Of a stretch of DNA of 64,000 nt, positions 25,835-40,324 are shown one piece after another. The translations under genes were made by a program, and so were the position numbers. Origin of the DNA: Octopus bimaculoides (lineage: Eukaryota); NCBI RefSeq assembly GCF_001194135.2, contig NC_068992.1:33436997-33500996 (forward strand), written 5' to 3'. Below the pieces are notes generated by a model that saw only the letters and a program-made list of their open reading frames with translations, ran no database searches and had not been told where the DNA came from. How positions within the stretch are numbered: position 1 is the stretch's first letter; each line of letters starts with the position of its first letter.

Positions 25835-26073
25835 TAAAGCCTAGCCAGGCTCATGGGCCCAGTTTCCGGGTTTCAATGGCGTATTTGTTCCTCCAGTTGG
25901 ACGGGACGCCAGTCCATCGCAGCGTTACTCATTTTTGCCAGCTGAGTGGACTGAAGCAACGTGAAATGAAGTGTTTTGCTCAAGAACACAACGCATCGCC
26001 TGGTCCAGCAATTGAAACCACAATCTTACAATCATGGTGCTGACACCCTAACCACTAACCCACGCACCTCCAC
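25835..26073 (-). mobile_element. tRNA-derived SINE, family C
   Basis: Reverse complement: gtggaggtgcgtgggttagtggttagggtg..ggtttcaattgctggaccagg..gcgatggactggcgtcccgtcc; a related head occurs at 40325. Confidence 0.75.
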
Positions 26074-28580
26074 ATTTAGACACATTGGATCTAAGATTTC
26101 AATATCTGAAATATCCTTTTGAAAAATGTAGAGTATTATTAGAGGAGGAATTTTGGTTACTAAGCATAGTGGGATGAGTGACTGCATAGAGGGACTTCCT
26201 TATTGGTCTGAAGGAATGTTATAGTTGATTGCATTGGTTCTAGTTCATTTGAAACAGCAAAAAAGAAAGTTCATCCTAGGAAGATTTGAACTTTAAAACA
26301 AGAAGGATGAAAGTAAATACAATAATTCATCGGATTTGATACTATAGACTCTCAACCACCTGCATCACTTTCAGTTCAAGATAAATTATAAAATATGAAT
26401 TTCAGATTTAGCAGCCACTAATGTATTATGGAACATAAATGTGTTCAGATACCTTGGATGAAACAAGTAAGTTATTTGTCATGCTATTTATAGAAAAACT
26501 TGAAGGCACTTACCTCTCGATAAGCATGGTTGCTTGTTTGCATGCATTATGGAATGGACAGTCAAAGAACATTCATATAAATAGAAGTAAGAAATGTTAA
26601 AATAGATTTTGGACTAATAGCTAAATGTAGATCACGCCATCAATGTTCTATACCAAAACAGTAGAAATCAATCTGACAGTTACAGAATTCAGTGATTCTC
26701 ATACAAAGCATAGAATTGAGAAGAACATACTTCAATTGTTACTGCAAAATAGCAATCAGTCAAGTTCATTTAATAAAATGTTTACAAGAAGTCAAATCAT
26801 GAAATTAAATACTTGCAAAAAGTTTACATCAAAATAAAAGAAAATACAAGAAATGAAATAATAATAGTAAAGATAACAACAACAACAGTAATGATAATAA
26901 TAATAGTAATTATAATAATGATAGTAATAACCTTTTAAAGGAAATGCATCAGTTGAATATCATTATTCATTGAGGGAAGCATTCATTGTTTTTCTGATGA
27001 AGCAAAGCAGGGTTAGGGTAAAGTATTTCCGAAGCAGTGATGATGTAGGCTAATGAGGGATTGTCAATTAAAGCTAATTACTGTGTGATCTTTTACCGCC
27101 AATCCTATTTTATGTTTTCTTTCCATATATTGTCTTTTTGTGACTCTTAGAAGTAAATGACTGCTGAGTCACTTCCATACTTGTGTTTTTCTTTCATATT
27201 TCCTACTTATTAGTGTAATGGTAATTAAAAGTTTGAAATAGTTTAGGAAAGTGACTTGGCAAGCATCCTGGAAAAATACTAAGTTGCCTTACACTGAGTG
27301 TTCAGTTTTGTCTCTCAATAATCTGAGTTCTAAACTGTTCAGTTTCAATTTTCCATATTTTTACCCCAAAATTGGAGAAATGTATACCAGACTATAAACA
27401 GAAATTATGCACCCTCACCTAAAAATTTGTGGCCTTGTGTGAAGAGGAAATCAAAATTAATTAAATAACTATGAAAGCTGGTATCAATGATAGAGTGATT
27501 GACTAAATGTATAGCAATATTTACTTCCATCACCTCTAAATCCTGAGATCAAGTACTGCTAGTGTCAGCAGTGCTTTCATCACTGTTAATAAAATAATTA
27601 CTACTAATATATCAGAGACAATTTCAAAATCGGTTTCTTGCCAAGTCAAAAGTAATTAGTGCATATATCATATAAATATAGGCCATAATATAGAGAAGGA
27701 GATGAAATAAATTGCTAAGAAAATTTGCGAGCCAATTTTAATTCCCAGTGGAAGCCATTTTGCTTCACTTATAACTTTATTGCTCTTGTGAATACCACAC
27801 AGTATTATTTCTCTTAAAGAAATCCGGATTAATCAAATAACTGCAAGCATTGTAGAGAAAGAAGTAAGCGCACAGTAAGATAAAATTGTGATACATTTTG
27901 CATTTTTGGTTTGAAGCCATTTCATTTCCTTTATACTATTGTAAGAAAGGTGTAAACATTACAGTTTGCATATCCTCTTCCCCTCTGCATAGAAATGTAG
28001 GGCCTCACTGCTTAGTTAAAATAAATCAATATTGATTAAAGAATTTTAAATATTCAATAATATTAGGCATTCACTGTTTCAAGAATTAATGTTTTTTTTT
28101 TAATTTTAGTGTATTTCTGTGTAGGAGTTGGATTTAGATAAAAATTAAACGAACTGTAATTTCATTTCCATTATCAAATGAAAGTGAACTTTATGATATC
28201 TGCATTGTCAACTTTCATACATTTCTAGTACAATGTATTGAGTGACTCTTGGTAACACATTAAACATTTCTTTTTGCATAATATCTCACTATCATCAAAT
28301 TATTTCTTTCTTATTGTTTAGTTCATTTCAATTTACAGAGATACTATTTAGTTCTTTTTGTATGAGTTCTGCTCTATTTATTGACATATTAGAGCTGTGA
28401 TTTGTTTACTGTCATATACTGTTTCTTCTAACTTCACAATCTGAATGCAAAGTCTTTCTTCTACACATCTGAGTTTCAAAATTCCCTGTTTAAAAATAAA
28501 ATTGTAACTTTGCAAAGTTAGTAATCAGTCTCAAATACCACCAAAGATAGAGTATAATTTCTTCTCTGATAGTTTTACAT

Positions 28581-28805
28581 TTAACCCTTTAGAATTTAAA
28601 CTGGCCTTATCAAGTTCAAATATTCTACTTGTTTTACGTTCAAAATACCAAGACTGGCCTCTCACACCTATCCTACAATGTCATTCTAAAAATAAACAAT
28701 CACATCATCAAAATTCGTAAAGCTACAAGATAATGCATGATTAATTTAAAACAATATGAATAAAGAAGCATTACATTTGACAGATTTGTCTAAATGTTAA
28801 AGGTA
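28581..28805. mobile_element. piggyBac-type MITE (decayed)
   Basis: Left TTAA|CCCTTTAGAATTTAA; right CTAAATGTTAAAGG is the inverted match; the right TTAA is degraded. Confidence 0.5.
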
Positions 28806-29044
28806 CAAATTTGTTTATATTTATAAATTATTCAAAAATTATTCTCTATGAATCAGAGAGTTAACTTTTATAAAGTTTGAAGTAATTAGTTAATAAATTT
28901 ATAAATACACACAAATATGCCCACAGACACATGCACACACAGAATATATATATAAAGTGGTTGACATTAGGAGAGATGTTCACTTGTTTCACTCATTAGA
29001 CTGCAGCCATGTTGGGGCACTGCCTTGACTATATAAATATGTAT

Positions 29045-29615
29045 ACAAGGCCTCTGCCAGGAGTGTAGCCAGCCCACTTATGTGTACCTTCCTCATTGGA
29101 CACTAAACTACGCTTGCGAAGACCTGTTGAGGCAAGTGAAATCGAAATCGTACTAAATTTGATGACTGGCACCCATGCCAACGTCATCTCCTTCATTGGA
29201 CACTAAACTCACCTTGCGAAGACCTGTTGGGGCAAGTGAAAGCGAAAAAGTGAAATTGTGATGGCACTTGTGCCCAGCGTCGCTTTCCTGGCACTTTTGC
29301 CAGTGGCACGTGTAAAGACATTCGAGCGAGATCGTTGCCAGTGCTGCTGGACTGGCTCCTGTGCAGGTGGCACATAATATACACCATTTTGAGCAAGGCT
29401 ATTGCCAGTACCACCTGACTGGCCTCCGTGCTGGTGGCACGTAAAAGCACCCACTACACTCTCGGAGTGGTTGGTGTTAGGAAGGGCATCCAGCTGTAGA
29501 AACTCTGCCAAATCAGATTGGAGCCTGGTGTAGCTATCTGGTTCACCAGTCCTCAGTCAAATTGTCCAGCCCATGCGAGCATGGAAAGCGGACATTAAAC
29601 GATGATGATGATGAT
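29045..29615 (+). mobile_element. RTE LINE 3' UTR with (GAT)n tail and an internal tandem duplication
   Basis: Matches 18280-18716; cattggacactaaact..gcgaagacctgttg occurs twice. Confidence 0.85.
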
Positions 29616-29624
29616 ATATATATA

Positions 29625-29770
29625 ATCATCATCATCGTTTAACGTCCATTTTCCATGGATGCATGGGTAAGGCGGTTGACAGGAACCAGCCAGGTAGAAA
29701 AACTACTCTAGACTACTATGTCTGATTTGGCAGGGATTTTATGGCTGAATGCCCTTCCTAACACCAGCCA
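29625..29770 (-). mobile_element. RTE-type 3' tail, tail-to-tail with the previous copy
   Basis: (atc)n-gtttaacgtcc..tttccatg..gcccttcctaacaccagccact. Confidence 0.7.
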
Positions 29771-29779
29771 CTACACTTT

Positions 29780-30110
29780 GACAATATATAAATACATGGC
29801 AGTATACAATGTACGCANNNNNNNNNNATATATATATATATATATATATAAGGTATGGATTTCTCAATTACTTTCCATTTAATCACATGTGGTGTTTCAT
29901 TATCTTTTGAAGTCCATATGTAGCTAGCCAACTGAGTAGTTTTACTTTTGTCCCTATGTTGGGAGGAGGCTATGTGATTAACATAGCGATTTTTAAATTC
30001 TCCTTCACTTAATCCAATATAGGTCTTCCCCTCAGTTGTATTATCATTTAGGGTTGCAGTAACTTCTGCCTCATATATGGTCAAGTGGACAGGATACTGA
30101 CCATCGTTGG
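29780..30110 (-). pseudogene. PLE GIY-YIG endonuclease fragment
   Basis: IYEAEV..KTYIGLSEGEFKNRYVNH..LASYIW..IKWKVIEKSIPY..CVHC; a (TA)n tract and gap interrupt it before the CxxC. Confidence 0.85.
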
Positions 30111-30419
30111 TCAAGTGGACAGGATCCTGGGTTGTGACAGTTGCAATTGGATTCAGGTTCTTGGTATTGACCACATGTAATGATATTCTTCATACTGGGG
30201 CAGCAGCTACATGATAATTTCCTAGAATGCCTATTAAATATTTTCCTGTATCTGTGAGTTGCTGGAAAGTGTTTGACTAAGAGTGACAGGAATCTTTTAC
30301 CAATGTTAGTTTTCCCTCAATATAAAAACTCTGCTGTCTGTTTTGACATGGTTTCTATGGCTGGCTGACCATCCCAACACCAACGACTTTACAGAATGAA
30401 ATGGGTGCTTTTCATGTGT

Positions 30420-30800
30420 CACCTTTTCATATGTCACCTTGGTGAGGTCACCAAGTAACTTGCTGGACAAGACTCCACAACTGAGGTAGGGAACGACATT
30501 GAGAGAAATAAAGGTGTTTTGCATTAGAAGAGAGGCAAAACTTCCTTAGATGGAAAAAAGAGAGAGAGGAGAGAAAGATGGTGAAGATGTGACAGAGTTG
30601 AGGCAAGGGCCATACATCCAAGTTAAGGGGTGGTGTATACAGTGAAATAGACTGGGTATTAGATTTGGTTGGTAGGTGGATCAATTCACAAGATTTCAAA
30701 AGGAGAATGGGAGCTAGATGTGGGGAGGAGGGATGGGATTTAACAGGGACTTATTTTGTGCAGACAGGTAGATGGACGTGTGAGAGGAAATGAAGGGGAG
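30420..30800 (-). pseudogene. heavily decayed PLE reverse-transcriptase fragment
   Basis: TQSISLYTP resembles DIQSLYTVIP at 43470; C-rich composition like the 43.4-kb element. Confidence 0.35.
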
Positions 30801-30859
30801 GGGAAAAACTGTGGTAGTGAGCATGAGTGGATTGCGAGAGAAGGAGGGATACATGGACA

Positions 30860-32445
30860 TGGATTTTACTTTATTGGTCTAGCCTTCTCAAGCACAGCAT
30901 ATCACCAGTTGTCTTGATCCTTTGCTCTCTCCTCTGTGAAGCTCAACATCTGAAGATCATTTCTTCTCATTTCATCCCATGTCTTCCTGAGCCTTTCTCT
31001 TTCACAGGTTCCCTCCACATTTAGAAATTGGTGTTTCTTTATACAACTATTCTAGTCCACATGCATCACCTACCATACCAGCACAGTCTTCTCTCTTGCG
31101 CACTAAAACTTATGCCCCTTATAACCAATTCCCCTCTCAAAACATTTACACTTTATCATATATACACTGACATTGTATATCCAGCTGAGCATGCCAGCTT
31201 CATTTCTTACAAGCCTTTATATGTCCTCTGTAGTCACAGCCCATGTTTTGCTGCTATCTAGCGTAGCATCTGTACACATACATTATACTGTCTACCTCTC
31301 AGTCTGAAAAAGATGCCCTTTGTGACCAACAAAGGTAACAGCTCTCTGAACTTTGCCCAGCCAGTTCTTATTCTGGTAACTATGCTCTCAGAGCAACCTC
31401 CACTGCTGCTAATTTGGTCACTTAGTAAGTAAAACCTATCTACTGCCTCTAAGGGTCCCACTGGACATTTGTGCAAATCTATTTCCTGTACATTCTTAGT
31501 GAGTATTATACTTGCTCATCTACCACACACAAAGACTACTTTCTCTGTTAAACTTCTTTTGATTCCATTGCACTTCTTATGTGTCCATAGCTTGCATTGG
31601 GTACAGTGTATGGAATTTCTGCTTACACCTTTACTACACATCAAGCAGGACTCTGAAGGGATTAGTAATGTGTCTGCTTTCTTGCTTAATAGAAATTCCT
31701 TTTACTCTTAGATTCCAGTACTTCCTCCCATACTTCCACATCTGAAATTTCTCTATCATCAAATCTTTTTTTTTCTTTAAGTGAACTCCTACCTGCATAA
31801 TAAATTTGTCATTTATATTCAATGCTAACTTCCAACTCACTGACAGCATCCCTGTACATGCTTGGATGGCTCTCACCTGCCACTCATCTACCTCTAGCTT
31901 CTACATTAAGCACCAGATGAGTGAGTGGGGGATTCTGTCAAAAGATTTCTACATGTCTGCAAAAGTCAAATACATTGGTTTATTTTTTGCTAGATGCTTT
32001 TCCTGCAGTTTCCTTACTAAGAAGATTTGCCCCTCTGGACAAATTCTGTTGTAAGACTCAGCATTTTGAGATCAGCCTTCAATACTTTGTCTATATCTTC
32101 CTAGATCTGCCTCTCCACAACTTCTTTCCAGTTTAAGTGATTGGCACTTCTTTATGTAACCGTCCTCATCCATACACATCACATGACCAAATCAGCACAG
32201 TTTCCTCTCTTGCACACTGCATTTAATTTCTCTTCTCTCAATATACTTGCATTCTATCAAACATGTACTCTGACATTGTACATCCAGTAGAGCATACAAG
32301 ATTTATATCTCTCGAAATTTCACATGTCTTCAGCATTCAGTGTTGATGTCTCACTATCATGTAGCATTGTAGCTTGTACTCATGTATCATACAGTCTTAT
32401 CTTCATTCTGAGAGAGAGACTTTTTGTTGCCAATGGAAGCAAAAA
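30860..32445 (-). mobile_element. older RTE-clade LINE fragments
   Basis: LEAVDRFY.LSDQISSSGGCSESIVTRIRTGWAKFRELLPLLVTKG (31258-31476 ORF) and flanking homologous segments. Confidence 0.75.
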
Positions 32446-32932
32446 TTCTCTGAAAAATGATATAAAAATATGAGTCAAGTTGCATCTTTTTACTTAGAAA
32501 TCTAACTTAGCCATGTGGTAGAATTCAGTGCAATAAGTATTGGATTAAAATGATTGACTAAATCTCTTGAAAACGTGCTACAGCATTGCAAGGAACCATT
32601 GCCTGGAACCAGTAAAAGAATATGTGAATTTAAAAGAATGCCAATACGTATCAGATATTTTAAAAGATATAAAGCGAAGCTGTGGTACTTATGCCTTGTT
32701 GAAAGAGCATTATCAACATTATGCAAGTGGTTTAAATCCAGAATGAAACATAGGCTATTTGGAAGTACAGTTGTATCATAAGGAAACAATATATTTTCCA
32801 ACTAATACTGTAAAAGTATTATTTTGTTGGAGTTAATTTTTGTACTCTCATGTTCACTTAAATGTACACACACAAACATACAAAGACACATACCTATATG
32901 CATATATGCTCACATACACATACACACACACT

Positions 32933-32973
<41 letters not shown>

Positions 32974-33199
32974 GCATATTTATATTTATATTGTATACTA
33001 TATACATGCACACACACATACACACACACATATATATATATAACGAGCGAGAAAAAGAGAGTTGGGTGAGTGATATCCTTTATTCTTTATTTGTTTTGCA
33101 ATACTGTTGATGTGAATTGGTACTGAAACAAATGTTTTTTGTTGTATAGCAGGGGGTCATTTTAACCCTTCTTTCATACAACACTCACACATACACACA

Positions 33200-33237
33200 T
33201 TTATAGGTATATGTGTGTATACATATGCATATATATA

Positions 33238-33298
<61 letters not shown>

Positions 33299-33600
33299 TC
33301 ATCATCATCATCATATATATATGTATATACATGTATAGTAATATATATAGATAGATGTACATGTATATATATATACACACATGTATATATATATTCATAC
33401 AAATGTATATGTGTGTGTATGTGTGTGTGTATGTATATACATATATATATATAGATATAGATATATATACATACACACATACATACACATATACATGCGT
33501 ATATGTGTGTGTATCTGTATGTATGTATGTATGTATGTATGCATGTAAGTAGGTATGTATAAGTGCGTGTTTATATGTATATGGTTACACATATGTGTAT
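33200..33600. repeat. compound (TA)n/(ATC)n/(TG)n low-complexity tract
   Basis: Seen directly. Confidence 0.95.
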
Positions 33601-35557
33601 TTTTCTGTCTACATTTCTGGTCTCTTTGTGTATGTATATATTTGAATTAAAAAGGTAAATATTGCATAAAAAAAACATTGTCATCGAATCATATATCAAT
33701 ATATTGACAAAGAAATGCTGCTTGCAGACCAGAAGAATACATTAATAATATATTAATGACCATATGTAAATTCATGTTATGAAGCCAATCTTTTTTTGTT
33801 TTTGTTTGTTTGTATGAATGCTTTGCAAAAACCCCACTGAACATGAATTAATAACAGACTACCTAGAATGTTTTATCTTTATTAATATATTTCAGTATAT
33901 TTATTTTTTCACTATTTGAAAGGAAGCCGATTGTCTAGATGCTGTTGTTTTATTAAAACTATGGGAAAAAAGCAACTTACACTTATGTTTTGCTTATAAG
34001 ATGTTTTAAGTTACAGCAACATATGCACAACGTATTCATGTAAAGAATGGAATCATTTGTGTCTGTCTCATTCCTCCAATCTAAAATAGTAAAGTGGGTA
34101 CTGGACTAGATTTCTTGATATGGTACACCAAGAAATTTCAGTTCAATGAAATTACATTCAAAATGCAACGAAGAATGAATTTGAACTTTTGCATTGCAGT
34201 GCTATTAACTCCAAACATATTTCAGTCATATTACACCTCATCAGTATAACAAAGTCTAAAATCATACAACGATCCAGTGTCTCTTTATTTACTAGACTTT
34301 TCTTCCATTTTCTTCCAACTTCCACCCAGCAGTATTTTGCGCCATTTTTCAATAGTTAGCTATAAATACTGTGTCATCCATCCTGAAAAAAGGGGATTTG
34401 GTTCCAGTCAGTCAGCTGGCAGTTAGCAGAAGACTTCAGTGACAGTATAACTAGTTTCATGTGGGACTTTGAAAGGACACTACCTCAGATGGCATTACTT
34501 CAAAATGATCTGCTGTGTTATTTCACCGACTTAATGCTGTAAACTTCGGGATTACATTAAGCCTATACAGCGAATCCCATTATTCTCTATGGACAGAACC
34601 TGCCTGTTTAAACTTCTTACTACCTTTTATCACAGTATGCTTCTATCCATTTGCATAATAGTAAGTCCAACAGCCTTCCTTGACTCCTATATACAACAAT
34701 TCTCTGCACTCATTCCAACCCAAATAAATTATGATGTTTGCTCTAATATAGCCTTCTGATGTATTTTCTCAATGCCTCACAGATGCAACTTGTTCCATTA
34801 ACTTTCCACATTGTATATTTATTTGATAACATGCTAAAATTGGTAACACTTTACTCAAGTTATACTCTTACATAGTTTTATTCGAACACAGAAACAAGTC
34901 TGTTACAAACTCATGACTTGCATAACTTTCTTATACATTTTTCCATAACTTGTGGGAAATTATCATTGTTATACATCTATTTTATGTTTGCTGTTGTTTC
35001 TTTTTGTCAGTATTAAAGAAGCCAAAGTTAGTTTTGTGATTTAAATGTTTAAATTTCATTTCAAAGCTATCTCCCAATGCAATGTTTTAATCTGTTTTCT
35101 TAGTAAATGTTTATGTTCGGTTAGGTTCCCATAAGATAATTTGGCAGTCATATCTAGATTAGAAATGTAAATGAAAAAATTAGCATATGCTTTCCATGCT
35201 GGAATAACTTCATGATAAATAAGATAAAATAAGCACGAAAGCTAGCTAAATCAAAGTTTATTTGATACAAATAGAAAGCAGCAGAAATTACATCTAACCG
35301 ACATCTTGACCATTAATAGTAAATAACACGAAACAGGAAAAGGATAGAAAATAAAGATTTAGTTTATCAATCTCACAGGAAATTAACCATATAAAAGCTT
35401 TGTTACTATGAAATTTAGAGTGTGTATGAGCTTTACAGTTTTGGCAGTACATATACTACCATACACACACACACGCACATTATATATGTGTGTGTGTGTA
35501 TGTATGCATATGCATGTATATATGTATGTGTGTGTAGTTACATATATACAGACACAC

Positions 35558-35602
<45 letters not shown>

Positions 35603-36757
35603 ATATACATACATTGTGTGTGTGCATTTTGGTTTTTAATTTCATTGTTTTACGTATATCAATCAATGGACTTTAGTCATGTTCCTGATTTTTCTTGAAC
35701 AGTTTAGTCAACTGAATCACATCAATACTTATCTTGATATATTCTATTTGTCTTCTTTTGGCCAAAATACCAAGCAAGAGGAATGTAAGCTAAACAATAC
35801 CAGCTGTCAAGTGGTGAGTGACAAACACTAGAACAAATGTAAAAAATAACACACACACACACACACAACTCTTATACATATGTGATTGGATTCTATACAG
35901 TTTCCTGTATTAAGCTCACTTACAAAATATTGGCTGGCCTTGGGCTAGCTAATGCCTTGCACAGTGTGACAGAAGACAAAATCACAATGTTTAAATGGTT
36001 TTGAATTGATCTTCTTAATCACACAGTGTTGATAAGTACAATGTTGATAACCACCACAATGTTGATAAGTAAAATATAGCAATCATTCACAAAGTGAGGG
36101 ACTGTTAGAAGGAGTGATTAAGTGGAAGAAGGGAAGAAAGCAATGCAAGGCTGTATGCAAAGTGATTGAAAGTTAGGTGTGGTGAGATTTACAACTCTAA
36201 GGCTCAACTGAATAGCAGGTGGCTGGAGTAATTTAATTTTGTGATATGATTGGCATCATAAATATTTTTAATGCAGTCCTCTTCAACAACCACAGCACTA
36301 CTTACAGAAAACTAGATAAACTAAATAATACAATAAATAAACATTTATCAACAATGGTTATACAAATAAGCTGTATAACAGTACAGAAACAAATACAATG
36401 CAATAAATACATCAGACACTTCACCTATTAAGAAGATGCATGAATCACATGCATGCTGATTATAAGATAGAACACCTTATCCAATAACTCATAAAACAAA
36501 GCACAAAATTCATTGCCATGCCATAAACGAAAATTATAAGCATGCACTTGTTGCAACAGTAACAATCTTGTGAACTTGAAAAGAAGATACAAATGAGCAA
36601 CATAACAGGAACTGCAAAAGTTTGCAACTCCTATATTGACCACATGAATGACACTTTCCCACAGCACTTACAAGATACCACAATCATCATGTATTACATA
36701 ACATAAAACCAAGCAAAATTAGAAAATGCCCATAAAAACATAACTCTCATCTACAGA

Positions 36758-36826
<69 letters not shown>

Positions 36827-37559
36827 ATATGCACGCACACAAATTTACAAAAAGAAGCCAATCCAGATTAAGTCAAAGAGGCAAATCATGTAGCAGACCA
36901 CAATATTGAAACAAACACACAAATAACATATTTTTGTAAAATAAATAAAGAATAAAATAAAACAAAAAGCACAATTAATAAAGTATAACACTAAAGGCCA
37001 AGAAATATTCCAACATTGGCAATGGTGTCAAAAATAATCCCATTGTCTCTGCTTAACAAGTAAGAACAATACAAGCCAATGTTATCCTCCTCCTTCTGAG
37101 GATGAGACCATGAATGTCTAGAAGCAGTGATGACAGATTTCTAGGACAAGCAAATTCTACAGTACGCTACAGAAAGTGCAGTAATTAATAAAAATGAATT
37201 GTCAAATGCAATAGCTCTTTTTTATGACATCAGACTCTTTATGGCAATTCATCTCAATATCAAACATATATAGCAATATGCATAATACAAGATATTACTA
37301 ATACAACTAATATATTCATGCATATATGTATTCTGATTTTCATGTTTTATTTTTGTATTTTTCACAATTCTATAATTTTACAATGTTACATATTACAAGA
37401 AAAGTACTTTCCTACTTTCTGCAATGCTTAGGTTTATATAGCAGCAGTATTAACTGACAGTTATGTTTCACAGTTGATAACCGTAGTGGAATACTTGAAT
37501 TTGTCCTTTAAGTACTTTCTAGTATGCTCCAGCAAGCTGTATCTTTCATTCAACTAAAA

Positions 37560-40250
37560 GGAAGAAATATTTATTCACCTAGACCAATACATAGATAACC
37601 TTTACAAATTTCCACTTAGGCATAATAGAAGTGCCAGACCAAATATTACCAAATCAGAGAAGTTTGCACTTAAACATCTCAAAACTGATAACACAACAGT
37701 CATCAAACTAGCAGACAAAGTGGGTGCCATTGTCATAATGGGAGCCACATATTACCAGGACTTAGCTGAGAATAAATCGAAGGATACAGCATTTTACATT
37801 TTACAGATTCCTGCATCATGAAAAAGCTCAATAACTTGGTTTCAGAATACATCTCCCTTACCACGAGTGAAAGAGACAACATTTTACCAATTTTGAACCT
37901 AAAGCAAGCAAATTTTATGGCATACCAAAAATATATACAAGTGATGGTAATTAAAAATGACACCACTATCATCACTGATATATATTATAAAGACACAGAT
38001 ATTCAACAGTGCCTGAACTTTAACTCATGCCATCCAATACATACAAAATGGAATATCCAATAATGTCTAGCCAGAATAATTTTTACCATTGTTGATAATG
38101 GAGACATTAGAGACAGATGTCTCACAAAACATAGGATTTCTACTCAAACGAAATCACTCACCTCTACTTATTGAAAATGGTACAGTGTCATCATCATCAT
38201 CATCATCGTTTAACGTCCGCTTTCCATGCTAGCATGGGTTGGACGATTTGACTGAGGACTGGTGAAACCGGATGGCAACACCAGGCTCCAGTCTGATTTG
38301 GCAGAGTTTCTACAGCTGGATGCCCTTCCTAACGCCAACCACTCAGAGAGTGTAGTGGGTGCTTTTACGTGTCACCCGCACGAAAACGGCCACGCTCGAA
38401 ATGGTGTCTTTTATGTGCCNNNNNNNNNNNNNNNNNNNNNNNNNNNNNNNNNNNNNNNNNNNNNNNNNNNNNNNNNNNNNNNNNNNNNNNNNNNNNNNNN
38501 NNNNNNNNNNNNNNNNNNNNNNNNNNNNNNNNNNNNNNNNNNNNNNNNNNNNNNNNNNNNNNNNNNNNNNNNNNNNNNNNNNNNNNNNNNNNNNNNNNNN
38601 NNNNNNNNNNNNNNNNNNNNNNNNNNNNNNNNNNNNNNNNNNNNNNNNNNNNNNNNNNNNNNNNNNNNNNNNNNNNNNNNNNNNNNNNNNNNNNNNNNNN
38701 NNNNNNNNNNNNNNNNNNNNNNNNNNNNNNNNNNNNNNNNNNNNNNNNNNNNNNNNNNNNNNNNNNNNNNNNNNNNNNNNNNNNNNNNNNNNNNNNNNNN
38801 NNNNNNNNNNNNNNNNNNNNNNNNNNNNNNNNNNNNNNNNNNNNNNNNNNNNNNNNNNNNNNNNNNNNNNNNNNNNNNNNNNNNNNNNNNNNNNNNNNNN
38901 NNNNNNNNNNNNNNNNNNNNNNNNNNNNNNNNNNNNNNNNNNNNNNNNNNNNNNNNNNNNNNNNNNNNNNNNNNNNNNNNNNNNNNNNNNNNNNNNNNNN
39001 NNNNNNNNNNNNNNNNNNNNNNNNNNNNNNNNNNNNNNNNNNNNNNNNNNNNNNNNNNNNNNNNNNNNNNNNNNNNNNNNNNNNNNNNNNNNNNNNNNNN
39101 NNNNNNNNNNNNNNNNNNNNNNNNNNNNNNNNNNNNNNNNNNNNNNNNNNNNNNNNNNNNNNNNNNNNNNNNNNNNNNNNNNNNNNNNNNNNNNNNNNNN
39201 NNNNNNNNNNNNNNNNNNNNNNNNNNNNNNNNNNNNNNNNNNNNNNNNNNCCATAGCTTGCACCGGGTACATCTTATAGAGTTACTACCTACTCCTTTTC
39301 TACATACTGAGCAGGGCCATCTACCTGAAGGGGTTTGTGTTTTATCTACCTTCCTACTTATTAGGATTTTGGTTTTAGCTAGGTTGACTCTAAGGCCCTT
39401 CAATTCTAGACCTTGCTTCCACACCTGAAACTTCTCCTCTAGTTCTGATAGTGACTCCGCAATCAGGGCAAGGTCATCAGCATAGAGGAGCTCCCAGGGG
39501 CAACCTGTCTTGAACTCCTCTGTGATTGCCTGGAGGACTATGGTAAATAATAGGGGGCTGAGGACGGAACCTTGGTGGACCCCTACCTCTACCCGGAATT
39601 CATGCTAAACAAATACCTATAGAACAACTTAGAGCAAACTAAGAAAGAGGAATGCAAAAACAAAAACATTGTACCATTTATAATGACACAAAACCCATGT
39701 CACCAAAATAACAGTCCTAACATCAATAAATTAAACTAACCTATCATTAGTCAAAGTAACAAACTAAAGCCTTTAATTACAGATCAAATACTGATTCAAA
39801 TTAAAAGGCAACCAAAACATTTGAATCAATTATCAACAAAGGCAAAATTTAACCTTAACAACAATGATAAAACATACATAGTGTCCAAATGCACTGACAA
39901 TCAATATGGTACATGTGAGTTCAAGCATGCTAGTCAATATATCCATCCAAAAACCAGAAGACTATTTACAAATGCAAATATGAACTGTAAAAGCAGAAAG
40001 CTAATCTGCTGCATCAACACCCGAATGTTGAAGAGATATGTATTGACCAGACAGGAAAGTCATTATCAGAAAGCAAATTAGGGTCCCTGATGTTTACCAG
40101 ATTCTATTAAGCAGCCATTTAGGAGTGGGTGATCTGAAAATGTTTATAATATTCTCATTTTACAAAATGTACAACTCATGTGAAGATGAAAGAAGAGTGA
40201 GTAAAAGGAATTTTATTGAGGAATTCAAACCCATCTACATGGACAAAAAT
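37560..40250 (+). mobile_element. AT-rich Neptune-like PLE; RT core deleted, interrupted by an RTE LINE
   Basis: PNITKSEKFALKHL..VIKLADKVGAIVIM; FYGIPKI; TDIYYKDTD..LNFNSCHP; after the LINE, KRQPKHL..KC..GTC..MNCKSR.LIC..DQTG (GIY-YIG region). Confidence 0.8.
38189..39601 (-). mobile_element. young RTE-clade LINE (gap 38420-39250 inside) nested in the PLE
   Basis: (atc)n tail at 38189; WPCSVCRKGVGSNSIRCTRC; ELLYADDL; GVHQGSVLSPLLF. Confidence 0.92.
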
Positions 40251-40324
40251 AATAATGATGTCAATAATTATAGTAGTAATAATTAATGCTAGGAATTTTA
40301 GCAATAATATTAAATTCATTTAAG

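Noticed and set aside
32502-32801. 99-aa minus ORF overlapping a 75-aa plus ORF
   Set aside because: No known motif and weak splice signals; chance-level length.
34320-34380. YY1-like CGCCATTTT and TATA-like TATAAATA, a possible promoter
   Set aside because: Short motifs with no supported downstream gene.
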